Shown: positions 16,252-25,714 of the stretch, piece after piece
Layout of the letters: each line of letters opens with the position of its first letter
Position numbering within the stretch: the first letter of the stretch is position 1
DNA from: a virus
Lineage: Duplodnaviria > Caudoviricetes
Virus record (IMG/VR): IMGVR_UViG_3300020379_000113
Location: 1-25,856 of that record
Direction: 5' to 3' (one strand)
DNA: 25,856 nt
Program-made: the position numbers and the translations under genes
The notes under the pieces: generated by a model
The model's database searches: none
The model's input: the letters and a program-made list of their open reading frames with translations, nothing else
What the model was told of the DNA's origin: nothing

Positions 16252-16814
16252 TATTTAAAATTCTTTGGTAGGTTTGCTCTAATCTCATCCATCAAAGCAC
16301 GACAATCACGATCATTTAATGATGTTGGAATACCTTTTCTAAAAGTATCAAAGTCGCTAGCATGTGCTGCACGTCTCATCTTAGTTCCAGAAATGGCAAA
16401 AGTATCACCATCAGCATCTCTACTTCCAGAAGATTGAATATCAATCTTTCTGAATGTGAAATCTTTACCATTATATTTATGGAGGAATTGCATAGCAGAA
16501 ACTCTATCAGATCCTACAAGAAACACCACCTCATTATAACCTGCCATCATAAGATCTTGTAAGATAGCAACAGGTTGTTTGGGACCAGAAAAGATCTTTC
16601 CCTTGTGTTGTGGAAACATCTTATTCATATAAAATAACTTTCTATCTGGCGGCAATGGGTTGCTACCTTTCGCATCTACAGTTTGAGAAATGTATATACG
16701 ATAGTCATCAGAACCTGCTGCATTTTTCACACCAGCAAAGTTATCTTTATGACCTGTGGTAGGTGGTTGAAACCTACCAAAAGTGAAGTAGCACCTATTG
16801 ACATTTAACGCCAT
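16251..16814 (-). CDS. HxGH-superfamily nucleotidyltransferase (cytidylyltransferase/NMNAT/PPAT-like)
   Basis: FGRFQPPTTGH (TxGH variant), LVGSDR, ISGTKMR. Confidence 0.85.
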   Translation of the reverse strand: MALNVNRCYFTFGRFQPPTTGHKDNFAGVKNAAGSDDYRIYISQTVDAKGSNPLPPDRKLFYMNKMFPQHKGKIFSGPKQPVAILQDLMMAGYNEVVFLVGSDRVSAMQFLHKYNGKDFTFRKIDIQSSGSRDADGDTFAISGTKMRRAAHASDFDTFRKGIPTSLNDRDCRALMDEIRANLPKNFK

Positions 16815-18001
16815 TGTTTTTGTAGAGTAAAGTTGTTGTAAGCAAACTCCAGGCGATTAACAAACTTGATCATACTACCGTCCTTATGAAGAACATATCC
16901 CTCAGGAGTTGTAACCTTATACCCTTTTTCAGTTTGAACGTATGTTCTAAACTCTTCCAGGTGGTCCAGTTTATCTATAACCATTTGCTTTACTGTTTGT
17001 AGTTCTTTATACAGTGATAGCATTGCTTTAAACTTGTCCTTATTATTCTCAACGTATAGTTGACTATCGTATACTAGCTTTCTTTTTAATGTAAGGTTCT
17101 TTACTGTTTTAATTTTGGCAAGTTCCTTCTCCATCTTATCACCATAGAAATTAAGAAGGTTGTACATGGCATCTTCTACATTTGTAATAGTGCGAGCATT
17201 CTTAATCTCATTATTGAAGAATTGCTTTAAGTAAGATGCAATATGAAACTTCTTATCTCCCGTAGTACCAGTAAGAACTACCAGTTCATCTAGGAAATCA
17301 CCAGAGATACGACACATGCGATCAATTACATCGATATGATTTTTAAACTTAGTCATCTCTTGCTTAGAGAATCCAACACGATCCATTGGAGTGTCGTTCT
17401 TAATTACCAATGCATTAGCAGATCCTTTTATATCAGCACCAGCTCTTGCTTGCATAGTAGGTAGATCATCTCCAGTATAGTGAGTGTGAAATACTACACC
17501 AATCTTTGCCTTGCCCGCTGCTACTCCAATAGGATGATCTATAGGAATACCATAGGTAATAGTGTTAGGTCTGAATGTATAAAGTTTTTCTTTGTTAATG
17601 ACTTCTGTTTTTATTGTGCTATTAGTGAACATAAGATCACCTTGGATAACTCCTTTAATATCCAGTTCAGCAAAATACTTCAAAGAGAATTTAAGTTTTT
17701 CTGCAAGATCACCATCATACCACTCATCAATTTGTGTATCAGTAAAACATAACTTGGGTTGTGTCTTTGCAAAGACAGATTTAGTCCCAACAAAAAACAT
17801 ACCAGATGCAGGATCTGTACCACAGATAACTGATGGAGCACCGTCCCATTTTGTCTGCATGAAACCAGCACTTTCCTGCTGTCCCAACATCTTTTTCAGT
17901 TCCTCTAAAAAAGCAACAGCTGCATGACATCCTTGGACACCATAGTTCAGCATCTCATCTTCCAAGTGTTCTAGATGTTTTAGTTGAGTTACGTTTGCCA
18001 T
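16805..18001 (-). CDS. Protein with ATP-dependent ligase/capping-enzyme-like motifs (398 aa)
   Basis: TKWDGAP (motif I KxDG), IQGDLMF (III), PEGYVL (IV), IKFV (V). Confidence 0.7.
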   Translation of the reverse strand: MANVTQLKHLEHLEDEMLNYGVQGCHAAVAFLEELKKMLGQQESAGFMQTKWDGAPSVICGTDPASGMFFVGTKSVFAKTQPKLCFTDTQIDEWYDGDLAEKLKFSLKYFAELDIKGVIQGDLMFTNSTIKTEVINKEKLYTFRPNTITYGIPIDHPIGVAAGKAKIGVVFHTHYTGDDLPTMQARAGADIKGSANALVIKNDTPMDRVGFSKQEMTKFKNHIDVIDRMCRISGDFLDELVVLTGTTGDKKFHIASYLKQFFNNEIKNARTITNVEDAMYNLLNFYGDKMEKELAKIKTVKNLTLKRKLVYDSQLYVENNKDKFKAMLSLYKELQTVKQMVIDKLDHLEEFRTYVQTEKGYKVTTPEGYVLHKDGSMIKFVNRLEFAYNNFTLQKQWR

Positions 18002-19437
18002 TAGGAGATCTTAATGTAAGGTGCAGAATCATCTGATGCAGATGTTGCATACAAATATACTCTAGTTGTAATTTCATCACGTTGTATTTTTGTACCTCTC
18101 ATTAATTGATCAACAACTAGAAGACCAAGATACTTAGCAAATTTCCATTGAGGTCTCATCCTAGAAATATCTTCCTTAGAAACTTGTTCACCAGTTGCCA
18201 TAACATTACTTTGATTATCTCTTGCAAGATCAAAAATTTTTTGATCTAGTGCATTTCCTCTAGAAGCAGAAGATACTGCTGCAGCACTAGGGTAATCTTT
18301 CCACACTCCATTACCTTCACCATAAACAGCTTCCATAATGTAGTTCATAACTCCACCACCTACTCTACCATGCTTAGCAGAAGTTCCCATGACTTCACCC
18401 TGCCATGTCTTACCTTCAGAATCTGTTGCTCTGAACTGGACACTGACTCCAGTTCCCTCAAGATATACATCCATTGAATTCATAAGTGAATTAGAATATA
18501 CTCTAGTGAATGGTTTTCTAACTGTAAGTGATGCTCTAGTAAAATTATGTTCTGTAAGATTTGCTGAACTAGTTGTTACTTTTTTTAGTGATACACCAAT
18601 TAATTTTTTATCCCTGATTAAATTTTGTAGTACCCTATTAATACCACCTTGAAATGTCATTTCGTTTGTGTAGATGTCCATATCAAAATCACATTCACAC
18701 ATGTAGATATCAGCAGGTGACCATTTATTAATTTGAGAGAATGGTTTACCGTCTTCTTTATTAACCTTCTTATAATGACTTTCAATAGTTTTTACAATAC
18801 CAGTTCCTCTATAGAATTTAAATTTAGTATTTCTAAATTTTGTTGTACTGTATAATTTGTTTGCTGTTCTAATACTTGACTTCATCCAATCAGAATCATT
18901 CGATATGAAGTCATATATTTCTCCCAATGATTTATCTGTAGATACAGATCCAGATACTGATGCCAATTCATGCATTGGGATAACATAATCGACATCAATA
19001 TTTTTATTTCCTAATGTGTATCTGTATGCTGTAACCCAACATGCTGCACCTTCAAACAGAGCAGTGTTATCAGATCCACCACCCGATCCTTGGTTGCTAC
19101 CAAACTCAACTGTCTTTGTAATTTTGGTAAAAGTTATCAGAGTGCATTTATTATCTTTACCGACTTTCTGTATAGCTTGTAGTACAGATTTACGACTGTA
19201 CCTTGATACAAAATTATTAGTTTTTGATTTATCAGGTGAATCATATTCCAGATTACCATCAATCACACTCTTGATATCTGATAGAACACTATCAGTTGTC
19301 ATGATGACTGCTTTTCCACCTGGAATTTCAACATCGATAGGTGTTCTGTTTACAATAGCATCATGAAGAATACGCAAGCGAATACCACCACCCGATGGTG
19401 CGTCTTTTCCGTAATCGCCCCAGTCCATTCCTGACAT
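18001..19437 (-). CDS. Hypothetical protein, possible PD-(D/E)xK nuclease-like (478 aa)
   Basis: TALFE...KWSPADIY...LIGVSLKK resembles an E..(P)xD..SxK catalytic layout. The ORF is certain, the function tentative. Confidence 0.6.
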   Translation of the reverse strand: MSGMDWGDYGKDAPSGGGIRLRILHDAIVNRTPIDVEIPGGKAVIMTTDSVLSDIKSVIDGNLEYDSPDKSKTNNFVSRYSRKSVLQAIQKVGKDNKCTLITFTKITKTVEFGSNQGSGGGSDNTALFEGAACWVTAYRYTLGNKNIDVDYVIPMHELASVSGSVSTDKSLGEIYDFISNDSDWMKSSIRTANKLYSTTKFRNTKFKFYRGTGIVKTIESHYKKVNKEDGKPFSQINKWSPADIYMCECDFDMDIYTNEMTFQGGINRVLQNLIRDKKLIGVSLKKVTTSSANLTEHNFTRASLTVRKPFTRVYSNSLMNSMDVYLEGTGVSVQFRATDSEGKTWQGEVMGTSAKHGRVGGGVMNYIMEAVYGEGNGVWKDYPSAAAVSSASRGNALDQKIFDLARDNQSNVMATGEQVSKEDISRMRPQWKFAKYLGLLVVDQLMRGTKIQRDEITTRVYLYATSASDDSAPYIKIS

Positions 19438-19474
19438 AAAAAGACCTCCCGTCTAACTATTTAGAGGGGAGGTC
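19438..19474 (-). promoter_or_regulatory. SD-sequestering/terminator-like hairpin containing a late promoter
   Basis: GACCTCCC-C-TCTAA-ATAG-TTAGA-C-GGGAGGTC-TTTTT-ATG, with CTAAATA at 19458-19464 and SD GGGAGG in the 3' arm. Confidence 0.8.
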
Positions 19475-19657
19475 ATTGAGATAATCTTTTTCATTTTGGT
19501 AGGGGTGCGTTTGTCCTGACCATATTCTATACCCTTCTTGCAGTTCTGGCAAGAGCCACTGGTCCACACGAACACATTGATCCCAGTTGACAGGGTGAGC
19601 ACAACTCACAACTACAACAGAAAAGAATGCTCGTAGGTGGATCCAGAGGCTGAGCAT
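19457..19657 (-). CDS. Hypothetical protein (66 aa) with a hydrophobic N-terminus
   Basis: TAATG coupling with mazG. Confidence 0.65.
   Translation of the reverse strand: MLSLWIHLRAFFSVVVVSCAHPVNWDQCVRVDQWLLPELQEGYRIWSGQTHPYQNEKDYLNDLPSK
19524..19552 (-). promoter_or_regulatory. Candidate sigma70-like promoter
   Basis: TTGCCA-N17-TAGAAT inside the 66-aa ORF, 50 nt upstream of the hairpin. Confidence 0.45.
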
Positions 19658-20061
19658 TATCTGTCGCCAGCAGCACGAACTTCTGAGTTGCGAACATTGA
19701 ACTCACCACCAGGGTAACGCTTCTTCAGTTTGTTAACGTTAGTTTCAATTACCTCATCGAAGGATATATCAAGTGCCATTGTTGCTTGAGCAACATACCA
19801 CATAACGTCACCCAACTCAATGATAAGATGCTCACGATTATCTTCGTTCCACGGTTTTCCTTGGAAGACCATTTTTTTAATGATCTCAAGGAACTCACCG
19901 CCCTCAGCATTAATTCCAACACCAGCAGTAAGCAATCTCTCAATATTGGCACCTTGTCGATCCAGATCACCAATACGGTCAGCGAAATCAACAAAGTTTG
20001 TAGAAGCTTCTGAAGTAACTGCTGAAACAAATTCTTCATAGCGTTCAAAATTAATAGTCAT
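19657..20061 (-). CDS. mazG: MazG-like nucleoside triphosphate pyrophosphohydrolase (start revised to 20061)
   Basis: GINAEGGEFLEIIKK...ELGDVMWYVA...NVNKLKKRYP. Confidence 0.93.
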   Translation of the reverse strand: MTINFERYEEFVSAVTSEASTNFVDFADRIGDLDRQGANIERLLTAGVGINAEGGEFLEIIKKMVFQGKPWNEDNREHLIIELGDVMWYVAQATMALDISFDEVIETNVNKLKKRYPGGEFNVRNSEVRAAGDR

Positions 20062-21446
20062 ACGTTCCACTCGGCAAATTTAGATAGTCGGTTTTGTGTG
20101 TCTGAAAATTGTGAGAGTTGATCTCCCACGTCGTCATTGTCGATGCTAATTTCGGAAGCATCCTCCGCTACATCATACAGCCTCATCTTCGATCTGTCAA
20201 TTCCCACCATGAATTTTCGTGAGGTAACAAGGTCTGAGTATCTGTTTTTAAGTTGTTTGACCATGAGGCGACCCTGTTGTTCCAACTCCTCAGTAGAGAT
20301 AAGGGCAAACATAAAATCAGCAGTGGCAGGAAGACCAAAAGACTCAGAAGTATCGGTAAGATCTGGATCGCTATTGCCAAAACCACTACGAGTGGTCTGA
20401 GTAGCACTAATAATAGGGACGTTACATTCCACAGCAAGACCCCGAAGCTCCTCAGCAATCGCCTTAACATAGGTATACGAGTTAACAACGGCACCTTTGT
20501 ACCTCACGCTTGCACATATGTTTAAATAATCAACAAAAATAATATGGGGTTTGAAATCTTTCTTGAGTTTCAAATCACTCAAGAGTGATCCAAAGTGTCC
20601 AGCATGTGCTGATGCTGTGGGATATTCTTTGATAATAAGTTTACCCTGAGTTTTTCTAGCGATCTCATTAACCTTGCTGGTGAAGAGAACTTCTGGTAAA
20701 TCAACAATGTCTTTAACATTTACGTTTAAAAGGTTTGCGTCAATTCGTTCAGCAATTTTCTCCTCTGCCATTTCACATGTAATGTAGAGAACGTTGTACC
20801 CCTCTGTGAGAGCGGCACTAGCTTGGTGGCACATGAATAGAGATTTCCCGACACCTGTACCAGCAAGAGCGACATTGAGAGTTTTGTTAGAGAGACCACC
20901 TTTGGTAATGAAGTTAAACTTCTCCAAATCAAATGGGACTTTCTCTTCTTTCCTGTGATAGAAATCATACCTATCTTCTGCTTGTTCTATGTAATCGTGT
21001 CCGATGTGTTCATCAAACGAAACCGCCAAGGCTTCTTGGAGAATGGTGGGTATCGCATCTCGCGAAATCTTCTTATCGCCTCCGTCTGCGATTTTGATCG
21101 ACTGCATAAGGGCGAGATAGATTGCTCTATCTTTACACCACTTTTCTGTGGCGTCGAGTAACCACTCGTAGTCAACCCATTCGTCTGATAATTGGGATAC
21201 CGTCTGTATCGAATCTTGAAACGATTCATCGGTAAGATCATTACGATTTTGAAGATTAATCGTAAGGACTTCTTTAGTAGGAACTTTATCATACTTGGAA
21301 GCGAAATCAGCAATCTCTTCAAAGATGATCTTCTCATGGTAGTTCTCGTAGTATTCTGCTTTTAAAAACGGAACTACCTTGCGGTAATATTCCTCATTAT
21401 GTATGAGGTTTCGCAAGATAGTTTGTTCAATACGCTCAATTGCCAT
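20058..21446 (-). CDS. gp41: Replicative DNA helicase (T4 gp41-like)
   Basis: Walker A AGTGVGKS, ITCEM, IFVDYLNI, SATQTTR, QLKNRY. Confidence 0.97.
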   Translation of the reverse strand: MAIERIEQTILRNLIHNEEYYRKVVPFLKAEYYENYHEKIIFEEIADFASKYDKVPTKEVLTINLQNRNDLTDESFQDSIQTVSQLSDEWVDYEWLLDATEKWCKDRAIYLALMQSIKIADGGDKKISRDAIPTILQEALAVSFDEHIGHDYIEQAEDRYDFYHRKEEKVPFDLEKFNFITKGGLSNKTLNVALAGTGVGKSLFMCHQASAALTEGYNVLYITCEMAEEKIAERIDANLLNVNVKDIVDLPEVLFTSKVNEIARKTQGKLIIKEYPTASAHAGHFGSLLSDLKLKKDFKPHIIFVDYLNICASVRYKGAVVNSYTYVKAIAEELRGLAVECNVPIISATQTTRSGFGNSDPDLTDTSESFGLPATADFMFALISTEELEQQGRLMVKQLKNRYSDLVTSRKFMVGIDRSKMRLYDVAEDASEISIDNDDVGDQLSQFSDTQNRLSKFAEWNV

Positions 21447-22452
21447 AAGAAAATTCTTGCTGTGCTGCTTCTTCTAACTTTGCCATCACTTCTTCTGTGA
21501 AATACTTCTCGGGATCAGCAAGTACAGCAGAAGGATAAACGGAAGATTCACCAATAGTGACCCTATTACCGTTCTTTCCGAATACCCCGTACTCTGTACC
21601 CAACTCCAATAAGCCGTAGTATTTGTCAAGACCTCGCTCGTCAAAAAATAGACGTGTTGCAACTTTTGAACCCTCCACAGTTAGACGAGATTTTTTTGCC
21701 TCACACTTAATGATGTTACCTACAACTTCTTTCTTGCTATCACGTTCCTTACTCTTAGTAAGATAGATGATAGTAGAAGCAGCATACTTGAGACCAGTGC
21801 CACCGCCCATCTCCTTTGTAGGAACATAGGAACCGATGACATCATATGTATGGTTAGTAACAATCATAGGCACCTGTGCCTGTCCCAGTTTGAGCGTAAG
21901 CACACGAAAGGCACCCTTGATTAACTGACTCTTAGTCATGTCCCTGACCTGCTTATCGTTAGCAACGTCTTCCATCTCCTTGTTAGTTGAAAGCATACCA
22001 AGAGAATCTAACACAAACATCATAGGTTGACGTTTGTCTTTAGGTTCTTTCATATACTTGTCAACGATACGACAAGCTTGAGTCCTGAACTCTTCAATAG
22101 TTGAGACAGGAAACAAAACCATGCGTTGGGAATCAATACCACGCGACTCAATCATGTCACGAGAAATGGCGGATTCTGTTTCAAAATAAATGACACCACC
22201 TGTAGGATTATCGCGAAGGAAATTACGAACGACACTAAGAGCAAAAAAAGTTTTTCCAGTGCTTGATTCTCCTGCAAGAGCGGTGACTTTGTTTGAAGGA
22301 AGACCTCCAAACAGAGAACCACTAACCAAGGCGTTAAAAATATAACTGCCAGTATCAACATAGTCAGTAATGTCGCCTGCAGCAACCCCATCACTAACCA
22401 AACCAGCAAACTCATTGCCACTATCCTTGATTACTGTGTCTAGGAATCCCAT
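21436..22452 (-). CDS. uvsX: RecA-like recombinase
   Basis: Walker A GESSTGKT, FVLDSLG, VTNHTY, MGGGTGLKYAAS. Confidence 0.97.
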   Translation of the reverse strand: MGFLDTVIKDSGNEFAGLVSDGVAAGDITDYVDTGSYIFNALVSGSLFGGLPSNKVTALAGESSTGKTFFALSVVRNFLRDNPTGGVIYFETESAISRDMIESRGIDSQRMVLFPVSTIEEFRTQACRIVDKYMKEPKDKRQPMMFVLDSLGMLSTNKEMEDVANDKQVRDMTKSQLIKGAFRVLTLKLGQAQVPMIVTNHTYDVIGSYVPTKEMGGGTGLKYAASTIIYLTKSKERDSKKEVVGNIIKCEAKKSRLTVEGSKVATRLFFDERGLDKYYGLLELGTEYGVFGKNGNRVTIGESSVYPSAVLADPEKYFTEEVMAKLEEAAQQEFSYGN

Positions 22453-22616
22453 TGATTTACATTCTCCTCGTAAAAGTTTACATAATTATATTTCTGCTTC
22501 ATGAGTTTAGAAAACCCAATAGCAGTTTTGTAGTCCTCAAAGCACTTTATGTCCTCTGGTTCTACTTGCCCAACAATATTGTTGGTCCAGGTAACCACAA
22601 AGATTTTTTTGCTCAT
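22440..22616 (-). CDS. Small hypothetical protein (58 aa), absent from the ORF track
   Basis: Read by hand: MSKKIFVVTWTNNIVGQVEPEDIKCFEDYKTAIGFSKLMKQKYNYVNFYEENVNQWDS. ATGA overlap with the gp43 stop; fills the gp43-uvsX gap. Confidence 0.75.
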   Translation of the reverse strand: MSKKIFVVTWTNNIVGQVEPEDIKCFEDYKTAIGFSKLMKQKYNYVNFYEENVNQWDS

Positions 22617-25105
22617 TCAAAGAAACTCCCAATGGTAATGGTTTTCTCGTGGGTCCAACCAATACATTGTAGCACGTTTTTGAGAGGTTCAAGGAATGAC
22701 TTTTCAAATTGTGTCTGGTAATCCACATACTTCTCAATACCAAACTCCTTAGGCAACTCACCAAAGAAGCTAACTACATTCTCATGAAGTGGGTTAGGTG
22801 TCTTGAGATACATGAACTTGATCTTCTCACCTTCTTGAATGAGAGGATGTTTGTTTTCTACCTTGTACTTTTTCACATAGTGATTATACAAGAGAGCACC
22901 CCTTACTGCAATGGGTGTTCCTTTCTGGTAAATCTCAGTCGGGTGGCGATATTTTGCCAGGTTGTTACATCCTCTAGGGAAGGCGACTTCTGAGTAATGT
23001 CGCTCTCTGGTCTCTGCTCGGACAGCATTGATGAAAGTGATAAGTTCATCATTTGTCTTGCCGATAATAATCTTAAACGCTGCATACAACTTGTCTCTAA
23101 AATACGCTGGTGTGGATGACCTAGCAGTTTCAAGACCCATGATTTTCATCTTGGGTTCTTTATATCTAACTCCCTCACTATCCCATACGTTAAGAATGTA
23201 ACGCTTCTTAGCAGTCCAGATACCACGGTCAGCGATGTTCTCACGCTTCATGCTCATCTTTTGATCATACGCTGAAACGTAGTTCGCCAGCTCTTGATAT
23301 GAACCCTCAATAAAAGGTTCCAGTTTCTCTTGGCAGATCTTGTCAAGTATCCCCACAATTGCTGCTTTATCGCTAGATTTAGCACCAAAAAATTTATCAA
23401 CAAGAGGTCCGAGATTAAGATATATCGAATCAGTATCTGATGCGATGACATAATCTGTATCTTTCGTAGAGAGCAGTTTATTTAGGTATCCGTTCATACG
23501 GTTCTCAATCCAACGGATAGAAACCTGACCAGATAAAGTGATAGCCTCAGCATTTGCTAGACGATAGTATCGAAAGTGTTCGTTACCGATAGCACCATAA
23601 GCAGAGTTAAGAGAGATCTTTTTTGCCATCTGAATGTTATTACAGCGAGCGATCTCTTTCATGAGTTCGACAGTAGGAGTTTTTTCATACTCCTGCTTTG
23701 CCTTGATCATCTTCTTCTTAAAGATAACACGACTGTCGTACATTTTCTTCATCATTTGTGGCAAGAACCCGTGCTTATCTTTACGATACTGTGCTCCATT
23801 AGCACACACGGCAAACTCACCATCAATCTCTACTTCCTTCTCAAGGATCTTATCAACTGTAACCGTTGAATGTCTAGTATCCTTGAGGGTTTCGGGAGAG
23901 ATGTTGTACTGCATAATGAGATGAGGGTACAAGCTATTGAGATCAAAAGACACCACCCAATCATAGAATCCAGGTTTCGGTTCTTTAACATAAGCACCTG
24001 CATATTTTTCTGTTTTAGTTGCGCTTTCCTTCTTAGGAGGGATAGCAATCTTACGCCTAAGAAGTTCACAGTAGATATAGTTATCCCACATACGAACCTG
24101 TGAGAACACGTCCTCATAGTTTACCTTAGCATCATATGCCATGGTGTATGCAAGTTCAATCAACTTCATCTTATCATCTAGTTGATCCACCAGACGAACG
24201 TCATGAATGTTATATTCAATAAACTTCTGCCAATCTCCTTCATAGAATTCTTTGAAGGTATCAAACTCAGAGTGATCTAGTTTTTTAGATCCAAGTTCCA
24301 CATTAGCAATATGATCAAGACGATACGATTCTTGATTAGTATAAGTAAATTTCTTATACAGTTCTAGATAATCGAGCGTAGAGATACCAAGAGTATCTAC
24401 TGCTAATTGTTTTCGACCTTTGATATAGATTTCACGTTGAGACACCAGTTTCCATGGAGAGAGTAACTTAGTAAATTTCTCTCCTAGTACACGTTCGATA
24501 CGATTGTGAATATACGGCATATCAAACAACTGTACATTCCACCCTGTGATCACATCAGGATAATTCTCTTGCCAAAACTGCAAGAAAGCTCCAAGCATAG
24601 ATTCTTCAGATCTAAAGTGCATGTAATCCACCATAGGATCACTATTTTCAAATGCACGAGCACCCCATACAGTAATTCTACCTGAGAAACTATCCTTCAG
24701 GGAGATAGCAAGGATCTCTTGGTCTGCTGTTTCAATGTTAGGGAATCCGTTCTCTGCTGCTGTTTCAATATCAATTGTAAAGACACGGATTTTACTACCA
24801 TCATATTTTAGTTCTTCTTCTGGATGTTGTTCTGCAATGTATTGATATAAGAAACGAGAGTTACCATAGATGTCAAAGTCATCGACATCTTTATATTGTT
24901 TTATAAACTCACGAGCTTCTGTAATAGAACCAAACTTATGTGGTTCTACACAGTCACCTTCAAGTGTACGCCACTCAGAATAATTTTTACTAGGCAAGTA
25001 CATCGTGGGGTTGAAAGGAACCCTCACGCTATATCGATTGCCATTCTCATAACCACGTACAAGCAGACGATTGCCTGCTTGCTCAACACTAGTGTAAAAC
25101 TTCAT
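22613..25105 (-). CDS. gp43: Family B DNA polymerase (T4 gp43-like)
   Basis: Exonuclease DIET and GWNVQLFD; polymerase SFDLNSLYP, KISLNSAYG, ASDTDS, KKRY. Confidence 0.98.
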   Translation of the reverse strand: MKFYTSVEQAGNRLLVRGYENGNRYSVRVPFNPTMYLPSKNYSEWRTLEGDCVEPHKFGSITEAREFIKQYKDVDDFDIYGNSRFLYQYIAEQHPEEELKYDGSKIRVFTIDIETAAENGFPNIETADQEILAISLKDSFSGRITVWGARAFENSDPMVDYMHFRSEESMLGAFLQFWQENYPDVITGWNVQLFDMPYIHNRIERVLGEKFTKLLSPWKLVSQREIYIKGRKQLAVDTLGISTLDYLELYKKFTYTNQESYRLDHIANVELGSKKLDHSEFDTFKEFYEGDWQKFIEYNIHDVRLVDQLDDKMKLIELAYTMAYDAKVNYEDVFSQVRMWDNYIYCELLRRKIAIPPKKESATKTEKYAGAYVKEPKPGFYDWVVSFDLNSLYPHLIMQYNISPETLKDTRHSTVTVDKILEKEVEIDGEFAVCANGAQYRKDKHGFLPQMMKKMYDSRVIFKKKMIKAKQEYEKTPTVELMKEIARCNNIQMAKKISLNSAYGAIGNEHFRYYRLANAEAITLSGQVSIRWIENRMNGYLNKLLSTKDTDYVIASDTDSIYLNLGPLVDKFFGAKSSDKAAIVGILDKICQEKLEPFIEGSYQELANYVSAYDQKMSMKRENIADRGIWTAKKRYILNVWDSEGVRYKEPKMKIMGLETARSSTPAYFRDKLYAAFKIIIGKTNDELITFINAVRAETRERHYSEVAFPRGCNNLAKYRHPTEIYQKGTPIAVRGALLYNHYVKKYKVENKHPLIQEGEKIKFMYLKTPNPLHENVVSFFGELPKEFGIEKYVDYQTQFEKSFLEPLKNVLQCIGWTHEKTITIGSFFE

Positions 25106-25359
25106 TCAAGAGATTCGATATAACGAGCAAGGAGTGCCTTGCTTGGATTGGTCACAACTGTCAGATCGCCAGACCTGACATTAAACTCACGCTCAGAAGA
25201 GTGTTCTGCCCATGGGTTTATCTGTCCATCAGATTCTACCACATACGGTTCAACCATCCACACATCAGGGTCACCTGGTAAACTGTCCCCCTCAGCAGGT
25301 TCTACCTGAGCGATGATCCACTCATTCTGCAACTTGATCAGGTTCGCTGTTATCTCCAT
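25102..25359 (-). CDS. Hypothetical protein, Sm-like family candidate (85 aa)
   Basis: LIKL..E.II...PY...PW...S....F.V....TVVTNP...LL..Y pattern. Confidence 0.75.
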   Translation of the reverse strand: MEITANLIKLQNEWIIAQVEPAEGDSLPGDPDVWMVEPYVVESDGQINPWAEHSSEREFNVRSGDLTVVTNPSKALLARYIESLE

Positions 25360-25714
25360 CTGTTGCCCCCTCCAATGGGAAGAAAATGTTTTCGTCTGTC
25401 AATCCAATTTCACGTAATTTGTTTGCAAAATTATCAACAATATTATTATCAGGAAATACGACACTGATAATATGTTCTCCACCAAGACGATGTTCTTCTA
25501 CTGGAGAGAAAGGACACCAACGTGAATATGTAATAGGAATACTACCATCTTCATTGGGATCACCTAGAGAAAGTGTGTATGGATAAAGTAAACGATATCC
25601 AGCTACTTTCTCTTCATCATCACGAACTTCACCAAACATACAAAGCACACGCTCAGCAGTGGTAAGAGTTACAATACGGATGTTATGATTTGTCTTCAGT
25701 TTTTGTTCAGTCAT
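25322..25714 (-). CDS. Hypothetical protein, Sm-like family candidate (130 aa)
   Basis: IRIVTLTTAERVL...PY...WCPFS....H.L....ISVVFP...IV..F pattern. Confidence 0.8.
   Translation of the reverse strand: MTEQKLKTNHNIRIVTLTTAERVLCMFGEVRDDEEKVAGYRLLYPYTLSLGDPNEDGSIPITYSRWCPFSPVEEHRLGGEHIISVVFPDNNIVDNFANKLREIGLTDENIFFPLEGATDGDNSEPDQVAE

Noticed and set aside
22485-22513. TATAAT upstream of uvsX as a sigma70 promoter
   Set aside because: The -35 position (TTTCTA) is a poor match in AT-rich sequence; not enough support.
22537-22764. 75-aa minus-strand ORF over the gp43 end
   Set aside because: The 58-aa ORF 22440..22616 with ATGA coupling explains the gap better.
7885-25105. Introns or inteins in nrdB, nrdA, gp41, uvsX or gp43
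   Set aside because: All are uninterrupted and of ordinary length, with no splice motifs seen.
1171-25586. Many plus-strand ORFs of 60-124 aa
   Set aside because: Antisense shadows of well-supported minus-strand genes, mostly with non-ATG starts and no motifs.
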